DNA of 64,000 nt from an uncultured virus (IMG/VR IMGVR_UViG_3300008070_000002) (Duplodnaviria; Heunggongvirae; Uroviricota; Caudoviricetes). The stretch spans positions 1-64,000 of the IMG/VR virus record IMGVR_UViG_3300008070_000002. The stretch is one strand, 5' to 3'. The translations under genes were made by a program, and so were the position numbers. The notes beneath the pieces were generated by a model. It saw only the letters and a list, made by a program, of their open reading frames with translations, was not told where the DNA came from and searched no databases. Below are positions 56,586 through 64,000 of the stretch, piece by piece (the stretch's first letter is position 1; each line of letters starts with the position of its first letter).

Positions 56586-58575
56586 AGTTAGATGGTGGAA
56601 TATACACCAAATCATCCAAGATGGAAGAGGTACGCGTGGATTCTAAATAAGAATCCGGGTCATCAAAGATTTCTGACTGACGTTCAAAGAGCATGGCCAC
56701 TGCTAAGCTGCGATGACGGATTAACTCATCGTGGCTGCAGAAGTAACCTTGGTTCTTACCAGCCGGCATAGACCAATCACCATTCACTGGATCTACTGCA
56801 CGCGATGCCATCAGCACTGTTGCAATGTGGCCTAAATGAATCCCTGATAATTTATCGCAGATAATGTAATACGCATCATACAACGCAGCATCCACATCAC
56901 GGTATTTTACCAGCATTGGTGTGTTCTTACCCACGGAATTCTGTGGGGTCATATCTTCATTCAAACGGGCACGAGTGGACCGCAGGAATGTCTCAATACG
57001 AGATACTGCTGCTGACATGTTCTCATGTTTGTTCTGATAGATTAACACCGGGTGGTCTTTATTCCATTTGGATAGATCGATGATGTAGCGATTACCATCG
57101 CGCTCCCAGCTATGTACTTTTAGATACTTTAGCATGGAAGGTGATAGCGATGCTTGAATGCTGGCACGTACAACCTGAACAATTTCAGGACGAGTAACAG
57201 CATAGCCACGATCATCTACTTTGAATAACTGGATAGAACTTAAGCTACTGATCTTAGCAATATCTGTAGCGCCTGGCGTACTAACGTAGTTAATATCAAC
57301 CAGACCTTGTGCTTCAGAAACAGCTATGGACATCCGTAGGTTGGATGTATCCACATCACGTTTAAGCAACACATGTTCAGCATGGCTCTTTGCAATAGAG
57401 AACCAGTGTTCCATATCACGTGGTAACGTTTTAGGGAACGAATGACGGATGAAGTCCAAGTGTTTGGTGGAAATAATCGTCTGGGTAGCTGGTTCGTTAA
57501 TCGACGTACTGGACACGTGCCCAGGGTTTGTATCGTAAGGTATTGCGTAAGATATTGCACCATAGCAAACCTCACAAACACCCTGATTAGGGCCCTCCAG
57601 GCAGCATAAGGAGCTACGGAAATTGACAGTCGTTCCAATAAGATGGGTATCGTAACTTCTGATTTCCCGCATCTTACCATCCGGCATTACCTGGTACAAA
57701 CCAACCATGGATTCAAACAGGCGTTTGCCATTACTATCATCCGGAATAAAGAACGTGTGGTAATCACGGGTACCGCAATCACCAGGAACAATCTTACGTA
57801 CGATCCCGCAGACTAACTGCATCTTACGGTTAAAATACTCCGCATCGGCTACCGGGTCTTTGTTAAACAACTGGGCTTTTGCGGCAGAACGTGATTCCAT
57901 TGCAAACGCATCCAGTGTGGCTAGACCATGCACGAAACCACGCAGTATCGGTTTACTGTAGATTACCGAGTCGATGTCAGTATTCGGGCCGCGAGGTCCG
58001 AATGACTGCCTGGCTTGGTCCATCTTCACAGTACCGTAGGATACCGTATCGATAACCGTTTTACCGGCCATTGCTGGATCTTTAAAGACCGCATCGACCT
58101 CATCGTAAACGTGGTTAATAGCCTCACGGCTATCGTTTACTTTGCTCATTGCTGCTGCAATGCGTGGATGGTCAGCAACCTCCAGAATATCTTTATAGCT
58201 AATAGAACTAATAAACCGGTTACAGCCGTTAACAATGGCATTATAACTGCGGTTATAAAGCTCGTAAGCCAACAACCAAACATCTTCTTTTGGAACATCG
58301 AGTCCCGTGGTTGACTCAATCGCATCCCAGAGCAGTTCGCGAAAGAGACTATCCGTAAAGACGTTGTCGTAAATAAACAGTTTATGATTCACCTGGATTT
58401 GCGGCCAGTTAGCCGCAATAGACCAAAGATACCAACTACCAATCATGATGTTAACTGTATCGGTTTCAATAGTAACATTGTCATCGAAGGTTAACTCACA
58501 ACGGGCTGGTTTTGGTAGACCCCAGATTTCAGCTTCGGTGTAAAACATCAGATCACGGACATGATACTTTAACAC
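56584..58575 (-). CDS. Non-virion RNA polymerase beta' subunit, C-terminal part (phiKZ gp74-like)
   Basis: ESRSAAKA, EYFNRKMQL, DCGT, RS...C...VCEVCYG and TQ.IISTKH motifs. Confidence 0.88.
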   Translation of the reverse strand: MLKYHVRDLMFYTEAEIWGLPKPARCELTFDDNVTIETDTVNIMIGSWYLWSIAANWPQIQVNHKLFIYDNVFTDSLFRELLWDAIESTTGLDVPKEDVWLLAYELYNRSYNAIVNGCNRFISSISYKDILEVADHPRIAAAMSKVNDSREAINHVYDEVDAVFKDPAMAGKTVIDTVSYGTVKMDQARQSFGPRGPNTDIDSVIYSKPILRGFVHGLATLDAFAMESRSAAKAQLFNKDPVADAEYFNRKMQLVCGIVRKIVPGDCGTRDYHTFFIPDDSNGKRLFESMVGLYQVMPDGKMREIRSYDTHLIGTTVNFRSSLCCLEGPNQGVCEVCYGAISYAIPYDTNPGHVSSTSINEPATQTIISTKHLDFIRHSFPKTLPRDMEHWFSIAKSHAEHVLLKRDVDTSNLRMSIAVSEAQGLVDINYVSTPGATDIAKISSLSSIQLFKVDDRGYAVTRPEIVQVVRASIQASLSPSMLKYLKVHSWERDGNRYIIDLSKWNKDHPVLIYQNKHENMSAAVSRIETFLRSTRARLNEDMTPQNSVGKNTPMLVKYRDVDAALYDAYYIICDKLSGIHLGHIATVLMASRAVDPVNGDWSMPAGKNQGYFCSHDELIRHRSLAVAMLFERQSEIFDDPDSYLESTRTSSILDDLVYIPPSN

Positions 58576-58578
58576 TCT

Positions 58579-60615
58579 TTACTCCTCAGTCGTAAACTCT
58601 GCACCACCTGCGTTGATAACGTGGTGGAATATAGTTAAACCGTTATGGTGGCCTAATGGATATTGATCACGTGGCACGGTGTCTGGGATATTCATTGGCA
58701 CAGCAGCCGTCATTACTGACTCTATCTGAACATCCTGAACCACTGGGCTATTTGATCTATCCATAATCTCAGCAATTACCTGCTCACCAATGTAAGCTGC
58801 TTCATGACGCATTTCTGATTCACCAGAATGCTTCTTAGCGCTTTCACTGATTGGGCGGGAGTGTTTGTCTTTACTGTGACGTTTGGCGATTGTACCAAAC
58901 TGCTGGAATCGACAAGCTGAGACTGCTGAGAAATCACGGCCGGTTTTATCCAGACGGATCATATACAGCTGACCAATTATAATTTTCTGTTCGGTAAGTT
59001 CCCATTCTCCAGTTACTGGGTTCTTAATCCGCAGACGCTGTTCTTTTGGTGGGAAGTTATGGTAGATAAAGCGCACGGTTTCGATGATCGTTTCTGGACG
59101 TTCATGCGGGTACCAAATACGCAACGGGTTATGATATAGTTCGTCAACAAAAGCTCGTTTAGCATCTGCCGTTGGATGTGTTTCCACAATTGCATCGTGC
59201 CACATTGAACTCACGCCTTTAATAAACGCGAATACTTGATCAACTTCTTCCAGGTTGAAACGACGTACAGTCATGCACGCTGCAGTAACGTAATGTTCCA
59301 ACGGGCGGTTGAAGTTAGTACGGCGCAGCACCGCGTTATCAGACATAACCACATCGATCGGAGTGCCATCCTCACCGTGCATCATGTCTTCGTCTTCTTC
59401 GACTTTACCGACGATCCCTTTACCACCGAAGCTGTCTGTAATTTTACCAGAAACATCCAATGGGACTGGGAATTTAACAGTAATCTCAATTCGGTAATCT
59501 TGCAGCATTTCATAACCGAACTGCTTAAAGCGGTTTATCTCATCTCGCTGTAAGTTATACTGCTCTGGAAACATAGCCACAGCATGGTGCAAGAACAGCA
59601 CGCGACACGCCGGTGACAACTTTGGTTTACGGTTTTCCTGTTTAAGTTGTTTGTAATAATCCGAGATTGCCTTGTCAAACTGCAAATTACTATTTACAAC
59701 TGCTTCAGGAATGCGTTGCTCAAATGGACCTGGATTGTTTGACAGGTTCCCTTGCCACACTTTCACATCGATGACTTCAGCGCCAGGATCGGCAAACTCA
59801 ACGTCATCAAAGTGACCATCGATATCCGTTAAGCCAGTATCCGTCATTTCAATCCCAGCTAACAGGGGATTAAACTTACGTTTTGCTGCCACGATACCGT
59901 CGTCGCCAATCTTGTAACCGATCGGTGGGATAGGAATCAGATTACCCTTGTTATCTTTGTGTGGTAACAACAAGTACTCGTCAGGTGCCACGTTAATCGT
60001 GTACGTATGGTAACCATAACTTAGATTCTTATCCGCATAGCTTCGGCGAATAATTAACGCATCTTCGATAACCTGTGGATGCGATACCAATACGACATTC
60101 GCGTTCATGCCTAAGCAGAACTCGTTATCGATATTAGATTCTACGTCAGCTAACACAGTGCCTTGTCGTAATACCTGCCCAGGTACCAACCGTTGTCCGA
60201 TGTTAGTAATCAATAAATCATAACCAAAGTACTGATGGTTAGACATATATGCTGGGATATGTATTACGTCAATCATGAAGTCATTTTCATTTTCAACGAA
60301 CACATAGGTTTCCAGAGGCTTACCGTAGCCGTATTCTCCTGGCAGATAACGGCTAATTATCTTCGTAACTCGGCAGTTATTCATTACCGTCACATTGAAT
60401 GCGTATTTAGCGTATTCAAATTCAGAGCCGGTAAAGAAGTTACGTGGTTCACAACCAACAATCTGTGGGGCCTGCATGTAGTGTGCAGATTGCATCTGCA
60501 AACGTGAACTAGAAGACCCGTCAGCCCCAGGCACTAGTTCAGTTGTAGCTCCCATTAATTCTGTTCGCAGGCGGATTGCATCCTCCGGCAAAGAATCATA
60601 TGTCACTTGTGTCAT
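58579..60615 (-). CDS. Non-virion RNA polymerase beta subunit, C-terminal part (phiKZ gp71/73-like)
   Basis: SSSRLQM...H..Q, IEDA, GK.TD.FGGKGIV, Y..RLDK and GESEMR motifs. Confidence 0.9.
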   Translation of the reverse strand: MTQVTYDSLPEDAIRLRTELMGATTELVPGADGSSSSRLQMQSAHYMQAPQIVGCEPRNFFTGSEFEYAKYAFNVTVMNNCRVTKIISRYLPGEYGYGKPLETYVFVENENDFMIDVIHIPAYMSNHQYFGYDLLITNIGQRLVPGQVLRQGTVLADVESNIDNEFCLGMNANVVLVSHPQVIEDALIIRRSYADKNLSYGYHTYTINVAPDEYLLLPHKDNKGNLIPIPPIGYKIGDDGIVAAKRKFNPLLAGIEMTDTGLTDIDGHFDDVEFADPGAEVIDVKVWQGNLSNNPGPFEQRIPEAVVNSNLQFDKAISDYYKQLKQENRKPKLSPACRVLFLHHAVAMFPEQYNLQRDEINRFKQFGYEMLQDYRIEITVKFPVPLDVSGKITDSFGGKGIVGKVEEDEDMMHGEDGTPIDVVMSDNAVLRRTNFNRPLEHYVTAACMTVRRFNLEEVDQVFAFIKGVSSMWHDAIVETHPTADAKRAFVDELYHNPLRIWYPHERPETIIETVRFIYHNFPPKEQRLRIKNPVTGEWELTEQKIIIGQLYMIRLDKTGRDFSAVSACRFQQFGTIAKRHSKDKHSRPISESAKKHSGESEMRHEAAYIGEQVIAEIMDRSNSPVVQDVQIESVMTAAVPMNIPDTVPRDQYPLGHHNGLTIFHHVINAGGAEFTTEE

Positions 60616-60656
60616 TTACTTCACCTTTTGATTAAATAATGACGTCATGTCACTTA

Positions 60657-60674
60657 GATAATATCTAATTGAAA
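60657..60674 (-). promoter_or_regulatory. Putative early promoter for the nvRNAP operon
   Basis: Perfect TTTCAATTAGATATTATC about 40 nt upstream of the 60615 start. Confidence 0.75.
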
Positions 60675-60693
60675 TTTCTTATAGCGAGGCTTT

Positions 60694-61020
60694 ATGGCAG
60701 CATCTGTTATGGGTCAGGCAACGTATGTCATACCACGCAGTATGTACAATCCAACAATACGTAAGCGCCTGGCTATCTATCGGCATTTTTTAAGAACCGA
60801 TGAATCCACTACGCTGCACGCGGTGGACGTTAATAAAATGAGAATGCATATCGGTGATCTCTATGGTTATTTAAAAACCATAGGTATCGTTGATGAACTC
60901 CATTGGGTTGTTTTACTGATCTCTGATCTCAATGACCCTGGTGAATTTGGGTTATCTACTAAGTTATTATATATCCCGGATATCCGGATAGTGGAAACAA
61001 TTTTAACGCTGGACAATTAA
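60694..61020 (+). CDS. Conserved small protein (phiKZ gp70 position)
   Basis: 108 aa. GDLYGYL...HW......L.IPD pattern (LysM/baseplate wedge-like). Inverted relative to its neighbours. Confidence 0.72.
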   Translation: MAASVMGQATYVIPRSMYNPTIRKRLAIYRHFLRTDESTTLHAVDVNKMRMHIGDLYGYLKTIGIVDELHWVVLLISDLNDPGEFGLSTKLLYIPDIRIVETILTLDN

Positions 61021-61051
61021 AAAAAAAGGGGAGGGCGAAAGCCCTCCTCTT
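61019..61051. terminator. Bidirectional terminator
   Basis: A-run, GGGGAGGGC-GAAA-GCCCTCCTC, T-run. Confidence 0.85.
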
Positions 61052-61053
61052 TA

Positions 61054-62361
61054 CTAGCGACGACTCAGGATGCTAATCCCGCCACCACGGCGGTCATCCC
61101 GGTCGTCTCGATCTCGACGGTCTCGACGGTCCCGACGATCGTAGTCACGATCACGGTCACGGCGGTCATCACGACGGTCGTCACGGCGGCTATCGTAGTC
61201 ACGATCAAAGATACTAACACGTCCACCGCGATCACGGTCATCGCGGCGGCTATCACGACGGTCGTCACGGCGGTCATAATCCCGATCTCGACGGTCATCG
61301 TCACGGGAACGTATACCTGAATTAAGTACGCTAATACCACCTGATTTTACCACCGGCTGTACCTCGCGGTCCCGTGCGGTAGGTTCTTCATCGTGCCATG
61401 GTGGGGTATCGTTCGATGTCGCAGCTACGCTAGAGCGGCCAGTCAAACTTGTAATTTCCACATCCGATTTAGCTACCGTATTACGCGGTTTCTTCGGTTT
61501 ATCTACTGGACCAATGTTGCCAGGAAGCGCTGGAATAACCCCAAGCTGATCTTCCATCCCTTCATCCAACCACTTGTGCCAACCCAGCGGTACGATACCG
61601 ATGGTTGATTCATCGATCCCACCTTTCAGTATTTTACGCACTTTATTCAGGCGATTTGCGACACCGTAGTAAAGGCGCATAATTGCTTCGAAGTACGGTA
61701 CATTGCCATTTGCACCAACTTCCATCACAACACCTTCAAACAGCTTCTCAACAAAGCTAACGATCATTCGTTTATCGGCTTTGTTGTTGGCTTTAATACC
61801 CTGGATAGATGCATCAGAAACATCTTCCGATAGCATTGGGATTTCCAGTGTCGCAATACGTGCAAACGTTTTGCCGTCCAATTCACCTGCTCTACTAACG
61901 TACAGATTTGAAAACGAGATGGTTCCGTTTTCATCACCATATGCTTTCATTAGTTTACCAAAGAACTTAACCGTAGATTCTTTCGCTTCACCCAGAATTT
62001 CAATAAATTGGGTATAGCTGCCGTCTTTGATTTCTCCTTGCAGGGATTGGTTTTGCGCAATCTGCAGTGAGCATAATGTCAGGTGACAAACGTTTAAAGC
62101 GATGGCTGCGTTCACACGCTTGATTAACCAACGTGTTACATCAGACTGCCCTGCTAATAGATCTTCACACAGTGGGTGGAATGGGACTTTATCGTCCCAT
62201 ACGTTTTCTTTCAGTAACTCTTGTGTTGGAATAACCAACGGCTTATCGCCGATGGTATACACATCACCTTTGAGTGACTTAATTGTACCGTCTGCTTCAA
62301 CTACACAGAACAACGATTTCATGATGTCGCTATAAATAGTCGACAGGGGTTTTCTATCCAT
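61054..62361 (-). CDS. Probable phage-nucleus import factor PicA/Imp1 (phiKZ gp69-like) with an Arg/Asp-rich tail
   Basis: Position between gp68-like and gp70-like genes. K.LVIPT...L and FHPLCE....GQS motifs, IP.L.GN.G before a disordered tail. Confidence 0.65.
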   Translation of the reverse strand: MDRKPLSTIYSDIMKSLFCVVEADGTIKSLKGDVYTIGDKPLVIPTQELLKENVWDDKVPFHPLCEDLLAGQSDVTRWLIKRVNAAIALNVCHLTLCSLQIAQNQSLQGEIKDGSYTQFIEILGEAKESTVKFFGKLMKAYGDENGTISFSNLYVSRAGELDGKTFARIATLEIPMLSEDVSDASIQGIKANNKADKRMIVSFVEKLFEGVVMEVGANGNVPYFEAIMRLYYGVANRLNKVRKILKGGIDESTIGIVPLGWHKWLDEGMEDQLGVIPALPGNIGPVDKPKKPRNTVAKSDVEITSLTGRSSVAATSNDTPPWHDEEPTARDREVQPVVKSGGISVLNSGIRSRDDDRRDRDYDRRDDRRDSRRDDRDRGGRVSIFDRDYDSRRDDRRDDRRDRDRDYDRRDRRDRRDRDDRDDRRGGGISILSRR

Positions 62362-63803
62362 TATTTACTCCAATCTCTCTCTGAAACTTTATGCTGACGA
62401 TTAATTTCGGGATCGATAACCTCTTTACGAAGTTTAATATAACGATCTGCAAAATCATTAAGGTTACGGATATCGGATGTGTAAGTTGGTGGAACCAACG
62501 CATCCGCAAAAGCAGGGAAGTTAAACGTTTCGGTACGACCACCGTCCCATTCAACGTCGATAGTAAACATCCCCTCCTGAGAACATTCAACACGGCAGTA
62601 GAGCAGAATTCGGTTATTGCGAGTAAGGTGGTCTGTGATTTCCGCCATTACTTTCTTAACCAATGCGGTGGCAACATCAGACGTTCTAGCCAAGCCATCC
62701 ACGTAAGACGTCCAGTCAATGATTTCGTACTGCGCTTCACCGCGATCTAAACGATTGTTATCGATAATGAAGATAACTGACGATAAGCAACGATCCAGCA
62801 TGAACGCCGGAAGCTCGCGGGAAATAGTAACAGCGGCCATTGTAGCACCATCTGCACCTTTCCACGGTACTGAGTCGTAGTCAAATTCGTTTTCATCGAA
62901 GTTCATGATTGTGGTAGTATCGTCCAAAGAACGCATGTCTTCGTGGCGACTGAAACGAGCTAAATCCTCGTACAGAAACGACACATTGTCATGCATATCT
63001 GGTTGGAACGATGCCAACACATTAATAAACTCATTGGAGTTTACTTTTGGATCGCGCAGTAGATCGCGAGCAACCGTATCACGCGTCAGGTTAAAATGAC
63101 TGTCGTTATTAGCTGCTGCTTCTAAACGTGCGTCATAATCTGCGGCAATCACACGAGCTAAATAACCACTGCGGGTGTTGTTTCGCTGAAGCGATGCTTC
63201 TGGTTTACGGAAACGTGCACGTAAATCCGTTCCTTTTTCATCCCCATAATCACGACGAATCGTCAATGCACCGAATAAATCAGATGGGCGAGACAACACG
63301 TCGTTTTGTCCACCACGACGACTAATGCCACGTAGGATCTGATATGGTTTTTGGATTTCACTTTCAATAGTTTCCCGACCACGATCCATCACAATAGTGT
63401 CACGAATACCAATGACCCCGTTGATAAACATTCGCATGTCTTCAGGGATATCATCGTTACGTAAACTACAATCGGATGATTCGGTGTAACCAGTAACCAC
63501 AACCCGATAACCCGGCGAACCACGACGAGATGGTGGGTCAATTTCCAGCTCCAGAATAAAACGATAGCGGTGACGGTTCCAACCACCATTAATATCAGCT
63601 TTATCCATATTGGTACCGGAGAATCGCATGCCGGTTGCAATAACATCAGTGAGAGACGTAGGTCGAATTGCTGAAACACCAGAATGTTCCAACGCATTCT
63701 CCAGCTCGTCCATCAACTGTCCAGAGGCGCTCAGTTCAAACGGGCGTCGATACTGCTGTTCCATGTCAGGAACACCAATAAATATCAGCTTCTTGATCAG
63801 CAT
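62361..63803 (-). CDS. Non-virion RNAP promoter-specificity subunit (phiKZ gp68-like)
   Basis: 480 aa. Q.YRRP, I.GGW...R.RF.L, GYT, RP.D and P.FAD.L..P motifs, plus synteny. Confidence 0.78.
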   Translation of the reverse strand: MLIKKLIFIGVPDMEQQYRRPFELSASGQLMDELENALEHSGVSAIRPTSLTDVIATGMRFSGTNMDKADINGGWNRHRYRFILELEIDPPSRRGSPGYRVVVTGYTESSDCSLRNDDIPEDMRMFINGVIGIRDTIVMDRGRETIESEIQKPYQILRGISRRGGQNDVLSRPSDLFGALTIRRDYGDEKGTDLRARFRKPEASLQRNNTRSGYLARVIAADYDARLEAAANNDSHFNLTRDTVARDLLRDPKVNSNEFINVLASFQPDMHDNVSFLYEDLARFSRHEDMRSLDDTTTIMNFDENEFDYDSVPWKGADGATMAAVTISRELPAFMLDRCLSSVIFIIDNNRLDRGEAQYEIIDWTSYVDGLARTSDVATALVKKVMAEITDHLTRNNRILLYCRVECSQEGMFTIDVEWDGGRTETFNFPAFADALVPPTYTSDIRNLNDFADRYIKLRKEVIDPEINRQHKVSERDWSK

Positions 63804-63815
63804 GTTTTATACCTC

Positions 63816-64000
63816 TTAATCTCTATTTTGACGGCGCACTAAGAACGCCATTAACTCTGCAAGTTGAACACGTAAATTATAATCGAGTACTGGGCCATCT
63901 TTATAGCGTAGAAGCTCGGCTACTTCAGAAGTACAGACTACTTTTAATGGCAAGCTCACAACCAGCGAAGTGTACATCTCTACAGAAATACGACCGCCGC
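63816..64000 (-). CDS. Partial CDS, C-terminus only (phiKZ gp67 position)
   Basis: Open frame ending ...VLDYNLRVQLAELMAFLVRRQNRD-stop just before the gp68-like RBS. Confidence 0.7.
   Translation of the reverse strand, partial: GGRISVEMYTSLVVSLPLKVVCTSEVAELLRYKDGPVLDYNLRVQLAELMAFLVRRQNRD

Noticed and set aside
1..64000. Chimallin, PhuZ tubulin, tRNA genes and a specific phage or host name
   Set aside because: None recognised in this window. Nucleus formation is inferred from the core gene set only, and identity needs a database search.

Overview
A 64-kb segment of a phiKZ-like (Chimalliviridae-type, probably nucleus-forming) jumbo myophage genome, about 45% GC by eye, mostly coded on the minus strand. 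It contains the conserved core block that is syntenic with phiKZ gp67-gp129: RuvC resolvase, portal, major capsid protein, DnaB helicase, internal head proteins, tail/baseplate proteins, one half of the split family B DNA polymerase, a virion RNAP beta' subunit, an SF2 helicase, four non-virion RNAP subunits and a probable PicA/Imp1 nuclear-import protein. An accessory region lies at about 18.7-26.2 kb. Structure not shown by the ORF track: (1) a 424-nt group I intron splitting the DNA polymerase, with splice sites resolvable from P1/P10 pairing; (2) an Ala-start class 3 LAGLIDADG intein in the helicase P-loop; (3) a likely -1 ribosomal frameshift joining the 548-aa ORF to the next ORF; (4) eight copies of an 18-bp early-promoter motif; (5) a duplicated terminator-promoter-RBS cassette; (6) terminators followed by TTTTATGC; (7) two proteins sharing Arg/Asp mixed-charge tracts. 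All phiKZ gp assignments come from recalled motifs and gene order, not from database searches.
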